Origin: a virus | Taxonomy: Duplodnaviria; Caudoviricetes | DNA: 43,760 nt | Strand: one strand, 5' to 3' | IMG/VR virus record: IMGVR_UViG_3300033485_000035 | Coordinates: 1 to 43,760 of that record | Shown here: positions 33,564-41,794 of the stretch, piece after piece | Numbering within the stretch: position 1 is the first letter of the stretch | Layout: every line of letters starts with the position of its first letter | The notes under the pieces: model-generated | Database searches by the model: none | The model's input: only the letters and a program-made list of their open reading frames with translations | What the model was told of the DNA's origin: nothing | Program-made: the position numbers and the translations under genes

Positions 33564-33604
33564 AGAGCCGGGGGGCCTCATGACTCCCCGGCTCTTCTCT
33601 TCTC
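33564..33604 (+). terminator. Intrinsic terminator-like hairpin
   Basis: AGAGCCGGGG / CCCCGGCTCT 10-bp stem followed by TCTCTTCTC on the + strand. Confidence 0.5.
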
Positions 33605-33605
33605 G

Positions 33606-33809
33606 TCAGGCGCTGTCGCCGGCTAGGTACTCGAACCTCTCGTTCACGTACTCCAAGGCCCGTTTCCTACTGCGAGCGTCGAGGGCCAGCAGGATGCGCA
33701 CGAGCTGCTGCATTGCCCGTACCTCGGGATCTCGCTGCCACTTCTTGAGCGGGCCGCTCGCTGCCATGATCGGGCTCGGCTTCCGGCCCGCCCTGCTCCT
33801 GCTCGGCAT
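33606..33809 (-). CDS. Small hypothetical protein overlapping the recT 3' end
   Basis: AAGGAGG RBS; amphipathic DPEVRAMQQLVRILLALD..RKRALEYV. Confidence 0.6.
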   Translation of the reverse strand: MPSRSRAGRKPSPIMAASGPLKKWQRDPEVRAMQQLVRILLALDARSRKRALEYVNERFEYLAGDSA

Positions 33810-34602
33810 GCTCTTCGCCTCCTTCCTTCGTCTCTTCCACAGGCGGTGCGACCACCGCTCGGGCGCGCAGCCGCTCGGCTGGCGTCCCCGGCGCTTCGAC
33901 GATCGACGCGAACCCCGCGCCTGTCGACTCGTCGTCCGCTTGAATGGCCTGCACGGCCAGGTCGTCGAGCGGCAGGTACTTGCAGTGACGGCGCAGGACC
34001 GTCTTGCGCGCCATCTCCTCGTACCAGTCCTTCCAAGGCCCCGAGTTGCGGGCCTTCGACACGGCCCGCACTTTCTCGATCTCGTCGCGGGCCATCATCT
34101 CGACCGACACCGCTCCGTTGAGCAGCCGCACCATCGAATACGCTCCGACGATCTCGCCCCTCGGCGGGATCGAAGGCACGTGACGGAAGCGCTGCTCGAG
34201 GCCGTATTCCAACTCGATCATATCGCCGTCGCGGATCACGCGGGCCTCGATCGAGGCGATCTCTCCCGACCGCCGCACGAGCTTGCACAGGCCCACGTAA
34301 CTGCGGATCAGCGTGCATACGTTCCCGAACGGCACAAGCCAAGCGCCGCCGAACAGGCCGGTCGGCTCAAGGCCCTCGCTCGCTGCCTCAAGCAGGCAGC
34401 GCAGGATGGAGTTGGGCGTGCACGCGAGAACGTTCGGGCTCTTGGAGAGCGCGATCAGCGTAGACCGCACGAACCGCTCGCGGTCCATGCTCTTCGGCAG
34501 GACCTTGCCCAGCTCTTCCATCCTCTCGAAGATCATGCCGCGCACGATCTCGATGGTCGGGCGGCCCGAGGCCCCCGCGACTTGAACCTGATGACTTGTC
34601 AT
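33667..34602 (-). CDS. recT: RecT-family single-strand annealing recombinase
   Basis: LPKSMDRERF, LACTPNSI, GLEP...AWLVPF, YVGLCKLVRRSG, PWKDWYEEMARKTVLRR..KYLP. Confidence 0.95.
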   Translation of the reverse strand: MTSHQVQVAGASGRPTIEIVRGMIFERMEELGKVLPKSMDRERFVRSTLIALSKSPNVLACTPNSILRCLLEAASEGLEPTGLFGGAWLVPFGNVCTLIRSYVGLCKLVRRSGEIASIEARVIRDGDMIELEYGLEQRFRHVPSIPPRGEIVGAYSMVRLLNGAVSVEMMARDEIEKVRAVSKARNSGPWKDWYEEMARKTVLRRHCKYLPLDDLAVQAIQADDESTGAGFASIVEAPGTPAERLRARAVVAPPVEETKEGGEEHAEQEQGGPEAEPDHGSERPAQEVAARSRGTGNAAARAHPAGPRRSQ

Positions 34603-35624
34603 GCTCCCTCCTCATCGTAGTGCACCATGAAGCGACGGCCGCCCCCGGCCTTGCGCGTATGCTTGGCCAGGCGCGGCGCGAGATCGTCGGGCTGCCAGCC
34701 GAACTCTTCGGCTAGCTCCGCGATCAGGTCCTTGTACTCGATGCGGTCGAACTGCGCGGCGTTCTTCCACGTCACGTAGAAGCCTTCACCTTCGAGCACG
34801 GTGGCCTCGCCCATCCGCGCTTTCAGCCTGTTCGACGCGAGTAGCACGCGCTCTTCGGCTGCCTTCAGAGCCTCGCGCGCGTACTTCAGCTCCTCCGCTG
34901 CCGCGTAGTCGTCGAGCGTGGCCGTAAGCACTTCGCCCTGCTCTCTCGGCCAGCGCTTCGCTAGGTACTCGGCGCAGGCTTTCGAGCCGTCGACAGGCGG
35001 CGGGTCGCCTGTCAATACGTACCGCTGCCAGAACTCGCGGCCCTTCTCGACGATCAGGCCCACCATGTCGTCGTCCAGCGCAACCGTGTACACGGCGGGC
35101 GGCCATGCGCCCGCGACGAGCGCCACCACGTCGGCCACTTGCTCAGCCGCAAGGAACAGGTAGTGCTGCACCTGTACGTAGGCGTCGAGCGGAATGCCCG
35201 GCCCCTTGCGGTCGCCCCATCCCTCGCGTACACGTGAGGTCTTGATTTCGACGATGCGGCTCTCGGGCTGCTTGTTCGTGCGATGCCATCGACGGTCGAT
35301 GAACCCGATAGCCCAAGTCTCGATCGGGTGCCGCATGAAGCCCGGCCGCGTCAAGATCACCCCGCGCGAGTCCGCGTACCACTGCGCGAGCTTCGGCTCC
35401 ATTAGCTTGCCGAACTCCTGCTCGGGCCGCTCGGGCTCCTTCGGCACGAGGCCGAGCTTCTGTGCCCATACGTCGAGCGGGGATCCCCACCGCGAGGCCC
35501 CGAGTAGCTTGGCCATGTCGCTCCCGCCCAGGCCCTTGTTGGCCGTGCGGCGCGCGATCTCTTCTTTCGTCAGCGCGTTGCCGACGATCTCGGCCCCGTC
35601 GGCCGAGTCGATTGTCTCGCTCAT
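34599..35624 (-). CDS. YqaJ-like viral recombinase exonuclease
   Basis: GLGGSD...SPLDVW..K, G..MEP, IDR...VEIKT, YVQVQHY, EFWQRYV. Confidence 0.93.
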   Translation of the reverse strand: MSETIDSADGAEIVGNALTKEEIARRTANKGLGGSDMAKLLGASRWGSPLDVWAQKLGLVPKEPERPEQEFGKLMEPKLAQWYADSRGVILTRPGFMRHPIETWAIGFIDRRWHRTNKQPESRIVEIKTSRVREGWGDRKGPGIPLDAYVQVQHYLFLAAEQVADVVALVAGAWPPAVYTVALDDDMVGLIVEKGREFWQRYVLTGDPPPVDGSKACAEYLAKRWPREQGEVLTATLDDYAAAEELKYAREALKAAEERVLLASNRLKARMGEATVLEGEGFYVTWKNAAQFDRIEYKDLIAELAEEFGWQPDDLAPRLAKHTRKAGGGRRFMVHYDEEGA

Positions 35625-36208
35625 CTCGCCCTCCTTTGCGGCGGAGGCCCTACGGCCTCTGCCTCGTCCAGCTCCCCCAACAGGCGGAAGCGCAGGCCTC
35701 CGTACTCCCGCGCTCCCCATAGTGCGATGCAGCACGCGTCGGCTAGGCCGCTGCGCCGCTGCGCGTTCGCTTCCCAATGCACCGAGTCCGTGATCTCAGG
35801 CAGCAGCATCGAGGCCATCTCGATCGCTCGCTCCTTCGTCAGGCCGCGATCGGCTCGCAGGATCCTCTGCCACTTGCTGGGCAGCACGAGGAACGAGCGC
35901 GTGCCGAGGCCGGCCGCGATCCCTTCGATCATGCCCTGCGCTTGGCCGACGGACTTGCGAGAGATCGCGCCCATGCCCGGGATCGGGAGCTGTTCTTCGC
36001 AGACCACGATCAGCCCCGGCTTCACCCACTCCCGCAGGTAGCCCGCGAGCACGGCCGCGTTGATTCGCCTCGGCTTGACGCCCTTGGGCTGCAGGAAGTC
36101 GGCCATGCTCTTCGCGTCCACGAGGTGCACGCGGTCGCCTACGGCCGGCCGCGCGTCGAGTAACACCACCGCCCCGTTCAGGCCTGGGTCAATGCCGGCG
36201 ACGATCAT
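35621..36208 (-). CDS. RuvC-like Holliday junction resolvase
   Basis: IVAGIDPGLNGA, VCEE, PSKWQ, K..AI, GLADACCIA. Confidence 0.88.
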   Translation of the reverse strand: MIVAGIDPGLNGAVVLLDARPAVGDRVHLVDAKSMADFLQPKGVKPRRINAAVLAGYLREWVKPGLIVVCEEQLPIPGMGAISRKSVGQAQGMIEGIAAGLGTRSFLVLPSKWQRILRADRGLTKERAIEMASMLLPEITDSVHWEANAQRRSGLADACCIALWGAREYGGLRFRLLGELDEAEAVGPPPQRRAR

Positions 36209-36396
36209 TCCTCCTCCTCACGCAGCGGGAGGCCGTCGAAGTCCTTCCGCTTGTAACCCCACTTCCGAATCATCATGGCCCGGTGCTCGGCGTCGTCGCA
36301 CTTGCACGTGCCGTCCATCCGGTAGTGCTCTGACACCAGGATGAGAAACCGGCAGGCCCGGATCGCGGACTGCTTGATCATCCTCACGTTCGTCAT
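36205..36396 (-). CDS. Small Cys/His hypothetical protein
   Basis: GGAGG RBS; C..LIL..EHYRMDGTCKCDD; ATGA overlaps. Confidence 0.65.
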   Translation of the reverse strand: MTNVRMIKQSAIRACRFLILVSEHYRMDGTCKCDDAEHRAMMIRKWGYKRKDFDGLPLREEEE

Positions 36397-36713
36397 GGCC
36401 GCAGCCTCCTTCCCGCGCTCTCCCGCGCGTAGGCCCAGCACTTGTCGCACAGGGCCGCGTAGTACACGCCCTCGGGCCACACGCGGCGCTCGACTCCCGG
36501 CCGCTCGCCGCATTTCGCGCACCGCATGCCCTCGGCCCTGTAGAGCGCGTCCATATGCTGCCGAAACAGCGAGGCCTGCCTGAGACACCGATCGCGCTCT
36601 CGACGGATCGCGGCTCGTCGTTCCCTCCATTCCAATAGCGCGGCCGCCGCGCACGCGACGAGCACGAGGCCGAACACGAACAGCGCCGCCTCCGTGAGAT
36701 TCAACCGTTCCAT
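36393..36713 (-). CDS. Membrane-anchored Zn-finger protein
   Basis: N-terminal TM helix; CAKC...CDKC; strong RBS. Confidence 0.65.
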   Translation of the reverse strand: MERLNLTEAALFVFGLVLVACAAAALLEWRERRAAIRRERDRCLRQASLFRQHMDALYRAEGMRCAKCGERPGVERRVWPEGVYYAALCDKCWAYARESAGRRLRP

Positions 36714-36726
36714 CTCTCCCTCCTTC

Positions 36727-37068
36727 CTAGTTACGCTTGGCCGATTCGGCGACCTCGCGCTCTGCCGCGCGCAGGGCTACGTAGTGTTCCGGAAACGTGA
36801 CGAGCGAGAGCAGCATGGCCACCGTCGTCGACAGCTTAGCGACGAACGCCAACTTGGCTTCCTTGCTCATGTTCGCCATCGCGGACAGCGTCTCGATCGG
36901 CGCTGCGCCGCGCCACGCGATCTCCAACGCGCCGTCATTGTCTACGTTGAAGCGGCCGGGCGCGACGAGCAGCGTCATCGCTTCGTCGACTGTGGCCTTG
37001 GCCTTCTCTCGCTTTATCGAAACATCGACGCGCCAGGCTTTTTCGACTACGTGAAACAAGGGCTCCAT
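36727..37068 (-). CDS. Hypothetical protein
   Basis: AAGGAGG RBS before MEPLF. Confidence 0.65.
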   Translation of the reverse strand: MEPLFHVVEKAWRVDVSIKREKAKATVDEAMTLLVAPGRFNVDNDGALEIAWRGAAPIETLSAMANMSKEAKLAFVAKLSTTVAMLLSLVTFPEHYVALRAAEREVAESAKRN

Positions 37069-37069
37069 C

Positions 37070-37276
37070 TCAGGCCTCCTTACGCGGTAAACCTGCGAGA
37101 CGCGGCAGCTCTTGGACTTCGATGTTATCCTCAAGGGGCAGGTCCTCGGCTTTCTCGGCATCGAGAATCAGCCGATCGACGGCCTTCCGCATGGCCTCAC
37201 CTTGACTCTTCGCTTCGATCGTGCGCGCGACGATGCTGCCGTCAACTAACTCTACCGACACGAAATAGAACATCAT
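37070..37276 (-). CDS. Hypothetical protein
   Basis: GGGAG RBS. Confidence 0.6.
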   Translation of the reverse strand: MMFYFVSVELVDGSIVARTIEAKSQGEAMRKAVDRLILDAEKAEDLPLEDNIEVQELPRLAGLPRKEA

Positions 37277-37297
37277 TGGCTCCCTTCTTCGAGTTTC

Positions 37298-37343
37298 GAG
37301 CGGGAGCGAGCGAGGCCGACGTGGCCCCGCCCGCTCCCCGCTC
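37298..37343. terminator. GC-rich intergenic hairpin
   Basis: GAGCGGG..GGCC / GGCC..CCCGCTC after the DUF932-like gene. Confidence 0.45.
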
Positions 37344-37355
37344 TCGGGCGCTCCC

Positions 37356-38435
37356 CTAGCGCACGATCACGAGCTCGCCGGCCATCTTCTCTAGGTCGAG
37401 GCGCTTGTCGAGATCGGCCTCGTCTCGGGCGATGAACGACAGCGCGTTCGACAGCCGCCAGGCCGTATTACCTGGGGGCAGCATCTCCACGTCGGGCCGA
37501 TTGAACACCTCGGCCACGCTCTTCGCTGTCTCCTGCGTCATGGCTCGCTTGCGCGTCAGGCTCGCAAGCACCTTGTCTACTTCGACCTCCTTCGTCGAGG
37601 CCTCGCGGATCTGCGCCATGAGATCATCGACCCGACGCGGCGCTGCGAGCTGCCGAGTCACGTCACGGACGGCCGAGATCGTGGCCCGCTGATCCAGCTC
37701 GTACGTGCGCTGCGAGTAGGCCATGTCATCGTCCAGACGGCCGCCGAGATGCACGCTCCGCATCTCGCGGGCCGCGATCGCTCCGTTGATGCAGACCAGC
37801 CGCATCATGAAGGATCGCAGCTCGTTGGCCCCCCGGCCGAAGTCGCTGTTCGTCCACGAGAACCCGAACACCATGTACTCGCCTGGCACCGGCTCAAGCA
37901 TCTGCGGCCGAATGAACCGCATGCTCACCCGCGTATCGTTGGCCAGGCCGTCAGCTGCGATCAGGCCTCCGCGCTTCGTCTCTTCCACGAGCACGTCGAC
38001 GATCGGCCGTGAGTCGATGCGCCGGAACCGATCCGACAGCAACCCGCGCGCCTCGCCCTTCACCGAGCGCACGAGGAACCGTGCGTCCTCCTCGATGTTA
38101 TGCAGCAACAGCTCGTTCAGGTTCATGGCAACGAGGTCCGTGCCCCAGTCGCCCTTCCCCATGATCTCGCTCGCCCACGAGTAGGGCAGCCCGAACTTCT
38201 GCGCTGCCTGCTGCAACGCGTTCGAGTGCATGCCCAGCTCCAAGCCGCCGTTATGAAAGTGCATGCGAAGCGCACCGGCCGTGTTACCGAACACCATCGC
38301 ACGGCCGCGCACGACGCGATCCTCAGGTACTTCGTCGAAGATACGGGCCACCACGCTCTTCGCGCGGCTCTGGCCGTCATTGATGAAAGCCGACAGGCGC
38401 GCCTGCGCCACTTGGCTACGATGATTCGATTCCAT
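37356..38435 (-). CDS. DUF932-like domain protein
   Basis: RGLLSDRFRRID, WTNSDFGRGA, RLVCINGAI, HLG, TAWRLSNALS. Confidence 0.75.
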   Translation of the reverse strand: MESNHRSQVAQARLSAFINDGQSRAKSVVARIFDEVPEDRVVRGRAMVFGNTAGALRMHFHNGGLELGMHSNALQQAAQKFGLPYSWASEIMGKGDWGTDLVAMNLNELLLHNIEEDARFLVRSVKGEARGLLSDRFRRIDSRPIVDVLVEETKRGGLIAADGLANDTRVSMRFIRPQMLEPVPGEYMVFGFSWTNSDFGRGANELRSFMMRLVCINGAIAAREMRSVHLGGRLDDDMAYSQRTYELDQRATISAVRDVTRQLAAPRRVDDLMAQIREASTKEVEVDKVLASLTRKRAMTQETAKSVAEVFNRPDVEMLPPGNTAWRLSNALSFIARDEADLDKRLDLEKMAGELVIVR

Positions 38436-38508
38436 GACTCCCTCTCTACGCTTTGCGAAGGCGGGGGCTACGCCACTTTGGCGCGCCCCCGCCCACGCGC
38501 GGATCACC

Positions 38509-38796
38509 CTACCTGGCCGACTGCTTGACTGTCTCTCGTGCGATCTCGATGCCTTGCATGAGGCCATCGAGGAACAACAAGCAGGCCTCGCGATCCTTCG
38601 CGCTCAGGCCGGCCCGAAAGATGTCGCGGCAGATGGTGACGTGGGCCTTAGACTTGCGCACAGACTCTGCGATCGCGTCGAGGTGATCCTGCAGGGCCTG
38701 GGCATTCTCGCTGGCCGCACGCGACCGCGTTCGCTTCGGCTTGTCATCAGCCTCGGCACGCACCCGCCGCGTCGTCTCTAGGGTCTTGTCGGTCAT
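38509..38796 (-). CDS. Hypothetical early protein
   Basis: GGAAGGGAG RBS before MTDKT; flanked by hairpins at 38460-38493 and 38842-38880. Confidence 0.6.
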   Translation of the reverse strand: MTDKTLETTRRVRAEADDKPKRTRSRAASENAQALQDHLDAIAESVRKSKAHVTICRDIFRAGLSAKDREACLLFLDGLMQGIEIARETVKQSAR

Positions 38797-38889
38797 TGTA
38801 TGGCTCCCTTCCTTGAGAGATACGCGCCTCGGTACACGAGAGGCCCGCGCGCGCCGTGAGGCGCAACGGCGCGGTGGGCCGGGCAAATC

Positions 38890-39405
38890 TCAGCGACACT
38901 TACACTCGGCCCGCACTTTGCAGCACGTCTCACACTGCGGCGTGGCCGCTCCGAAGAGAGAACCGTCCCAGCGCTTCGGTGCGCAGGCCTTGTGATACGG
39001 CATGTTCTCTACCTCGCCGTCCTGGTAGTCGCGGTTCGTCTCTTCGACGACCCACCACTGATCGGACTCGTCGATCACGGCACCGCATTCGGCGCAGGTC
39101 CACTCAGGCGTCAGGCAGTCCTCGAAGCATTCCTGATGATAGTGCCCGGCTGGCACTCCGTACTGCTTGGCAAACGGCGGCGCGACGAGCACGGGCAGCT
39201 CGCTCGTGATCTCCCGGCCGCAGTGCGCGCACTCTATCGGCTCCATGACTCCCCCTTCTTCGACTCTCGGGTACCACGCGGGCAACAGGTGCCGGTGCGC
39301 CTGCTCGCTCGGCGTGCGATCGAACGGCCGGCACGAGATCGTGCTCAGCCCGCCGTGCTTGTGAAAATCGCAGCACTCGAACACTCGGCCATCAGTCCGT
39401 GTCAT
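38890..39405 (-). CDS. Cys-rich multi-Zn-finger early protein (second in-frame start at 39246)
   Basis: AAGGAGG RBS; CAHC, HQEC, CAEC, HKAC, CETCC motifs. Confidence 0.6.
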   Translation of the reverse strand: MTRTDGRVFECCDFHKHGGLSTISCRPFDRTPSEQAHRHLLPAWYPRVEEGGVMEPIECAHCGREITSELPVLVAPPFAKQYGVPAGHYHQECFEDCLTPEWTCAECGAVIDESDQWWVVEETNRDYQDGEVENMPYHKACAPKRWDGSLFGAATPQCETCCKVRAECKCR

Positions 39406-39418
39406 CGCCCCCTCCTTG

Positions 39419-39835
39419 TTAGCGTGGGTCGCACGTGCAACCGTCCGACGTTTCGTCCACGTTCCGCAGCGAGTACAGGCCGCCGCACTCCGGGCAGAGA
39501 TTGTCGAGATCGGCATCGGCCTTGCTCATATTCCTGAGCGCACGATAGTCGGCCGCCTTCTCGGGATCATAAACGAGCGGCACAAGCATGGAGGCCGCTT
39601 CGCGCAGCACAACGATAACCTTGCGCAGGTCTGATGCCGCATCGCCCTTAAGCACCGGCTCCTCGATGTAGCCCTCGGCCGCTGAGAAAAGAAGCTCGTC
39701 GCTCAAGGACTTCGCAGCATCGAAAGCCTGCGTGCTGGCATCCGCGATCTCAGCCCGAAGAGCCATGACTCGCCGGGCGCTCTGCAACGGACTCGGGACT
39801 CCCTCTCCGATGATCTGGCCACGCTTGGTGTTCAT
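39419..39835 (-). CDS. Hypothetical early protein with C-terminal Zn ribbon
   Basis: GAGGGAG RBS; CPECGG...CTC. Confidence 0.6.
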   Translation of the reverse strand: MNTKRGQIIGEGVPSPLQSARRVMALRAEIADASTQAFDAAKSLSDELLFSAAEGYIEEPVLKGDAASDLRKVIVVLREAASMLVPLVYDPEKAADYRALRNMSKADADLDNLCPECGGLYSLRNVDETSDGCTCDPR

Positions 39836-39914
39836 TGTCTCGCTCCCTCTTCGTTCTCGCAGTGGGCGGCCGCTCTCTGCGCTTTGCAGAGTCGGCCGCT
39901 CGCTTGTCTCTCGC

Positions 39915-40283
39915 TTAGCGCTTCGGAATCCGGCCCACGTTAGCAGTCGAGCGCGCGAGGTCGCTGCGCTCGCTCAACCCGCTCGCTCGCAATGCGCGAT
40001 CGAAGCCGACCCACACTCCCGAAGTGTTCAGGCCACGCGCCGCGAGCACCGCGCGGGACATGCGCTGCACGTCGACACGTCCATCGACGATGGCCACGAG
40101 GTCGTTCGTCGCCGCGCTGCAGAGCAGGTCGGACGCGATCGTGTTCTCTTCGCGAGTCAACCCATACCGGGCCGGGTTGAATGCGAGCCGACGCGTGCTG
40201 GCAACTCCCTGCATCATGTCGGCCGCCCGGCGCTGCGCTTGCTCTGCGCGTATCACGCTCGTTTCGTTGCTCTTCGTTCTCAT
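39915..40283 (-). CDS. First early gene; conserved phage hypothetical
   Basis: GAGGGAG RBS; LVAIVDGRVDV...LAARGLN..G.WVGF pattern resembles a prophage hypothetical family. Confidence 0.65.
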   Translation of the reverse strand: MRTKSNETSVIRAEQAQRRAADMMQGVASTRRLAFNPARYGLTREENTIASDLLCSAATNDLVAIVDGRVDVQRMSRAVLAARGLNTSGVWVGFDRALRASGLSERSDLARSTANVGRIPKR

Positions 40284-40370
40284 GGCCCAGCTCCCTCTTC
40301 GATCTTGCGCTGCGCTCGCTCGCTGCGCTCTGCAGTCTCGCTGCGCTGCGCTCTCCCACGTCGCACAGCG

Positions 40371-40570
40371 AGCATAGCACGCCCTTATAATGAGAAGAAA
40401 GCGAAAAAATGAGCTCGTAAGTATAGCGTTTTCAGATACTTACGGGGGAGAGCGCTTGAAATAGGGGGCAGCGAGCGCTTCACGCGCGGGGTGTTGACAC
40501 AATCTCGACACCAAATATTGCCATAGCAATAATGGGATTCGAGAGCGGGGATACTTGCGCTAGCCCGCGA
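40371..40570. promoter_or_regulatory. AT-rich main control region between the late-operon end and the early genes
   Basis: Extended -10 TGCTATGCT on the minus strand (~40371-40379); CGTAAGTAT-N11-ATACTTACG (40416-40444); TTGACA at 40494; TATTGC-N4-GCAATA (40516-40531). Confidence 0.65.
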
Positions 40571-40573
40571 AAA

Positions 40574-41083
40574 CTAGAGGCAGCCGAAGGCCCGGCCGGA
40601 CCAGGCCCGCACGTCCTCGCGATCGCTCAACAACATCGTGGCCGGCTCAGCCTGATCGCGCACGCTGTACGCGAAGGCCCAGCGGTCGAGATGCGGGCCG
40701 AAGAACTCTTCCTGTGAATCATGGAGCACGAAACAGCGGACGCGCGGCCGAAGGCGATCGACAGCCTCGATGCGGGCCTCATTCGGGGCTTGATCGACGA
40801 GCGCCACGTCCCAGGCCTCGTCGTAGAAGGAGTGCGGAGCGGCCCAGTCGCCGGCCCAGTAGAAGCCGTGCGTGCCAGAGCCGAGCTCCGCGAAGCGATC
40901 CAGCCAGGCCCGATCGTGATCGACCGTGAGCAGGCGCCGGCCCCGAGCTGTGACATGCAGGAGCGGCGTGGAGGCCCACCCGCAGCCCAGCTCGAGGACC
41001 GGCCCCTTTGTGTTCAGGATGGCCGAGAGCAGCAGCCGCCAGTGCGTGCCGCCGCGCTCGACCATCAGAGCGTGGTAGGTCAT
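40574..41083 (-). CDS. Class I SAM-dependent methyltransferase-like protein
   Basis: PVLELGCGWAST, TVDHD..W, WDVALVDQ, VLHDS. Confidence 0.8.
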   Translation of the reverse strand: MTYHALMVERGGTHWRLLLSAILNTKGPVLELGCGWASTPLLHVTARGRRLLTVDHDRAWLDRFAELGSGTHGFYWAGDWAAPHSFYDEAWDVALVDQAPNEARIEAVDRLRPRVRCFVLHDSQEEFFGPHLDRWAFAYSVRDQAEPATMLLSDREDVRAWSGRAFGCL

Positions 41084-41565
41084 GCCGTCTCGTGCCTGGC
41101 CTTCTGAGCTACCATCCCATCGAGCCACCGGCCGATCTTCCCGCCGATAACGGACAGCGCCCATGCGAGCCAGAACTTCGCCGACTCGGCCGCTGCTACC
41201 TTTGCGCCCTCGGCAACGGTAGGATCTTGCGCGAACGCTGGGAGGACCATCGCGAGCGCACCACTGGCGGCCCCTCCTGCTGCCGCCGCGCCCAAGGCCG
41301 ACACGATCCCCACGTTCGATCTTGCCGCCGCGTACCCGCCCATGACCATCCCCAGCAGGATCCCGCCCTGGACGAGCACTTCGCTCATCTCTAACGGTGT
41401 CCTCCACGCGGCAACGATCGTGAACAGATAGCAGGCAAGCGCGGCGATCGTGTACCGCCACGCCTGCGGGAACTTGGGCAGCAACACTGCCTGGACCGGC
41501 GACAGGACCGCGTTGAACACGCCGATCCAAACGAGCGGCCAGTTAGGCGACAGGGGGCTTCCCAT
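41080..41565 (-). CDS. Multi-TM membrane protein (holin-like)
   Basis: Start MGSPL; four or five hydrophobic segments; ATGA overlap. Confidence 0.6.
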   Translation of the reverse strand: MGSPLSPNWPLVWIGVFNAVLSPVQAVLLPKFPQAWRYTIAALACYLFTIVAAWRTPLEMSEVLVQGGILLGMVMGGYAAARSNVGIVSALGAAAAGGAASGALAMVLPAFAQDPTVAEGAKVAAAESAKFWLAWALSVIGGKIGRWLDGMVAQKARHETA

Positions 41566-41794
41566 CTTTCTCAACCTCCTTCCGGAACGTGGCCCGGTTG
41601 CCGCACGAGCAGGCCAGGTGCCAGAACGACCCTGCATCGTGCACGTCTGGCGATTCTCTGCAACCGAGGCAGGTCCAGACGTTATGGCCTTCCGTCAGAA
41701 ATGCCCACTCCGATCCTTCCACTCTGCGCCCACGCGACGCGGTCGGACTCGTCTGCGACTTGAGCGAGCGGTTCGCCCTCTCCTCGTACCCCAT
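41543..41794 (-). CDS. Zn-ribbon hypothetical protein
   Basis: GAGGAGGAG RBS, TGATG coupling; CLGC...CSC. Confidence 0.55.
   Translation of the reverse strand: MGYEERANRSLKSQTSPTASRGRRVEGSEWAFLTEGHNVWTCLGCRESPDVHDAGSFWHLACSCGNRATFRKEVEKDGKPPVA

Noticed and set aside
33255-33581. 108-aa ORF with RBS inside the 33564-33595 hairpin
   Set aside because: It runs through the initiator promoter and start and has no protein-like features; possible leader peptide but unsupported.
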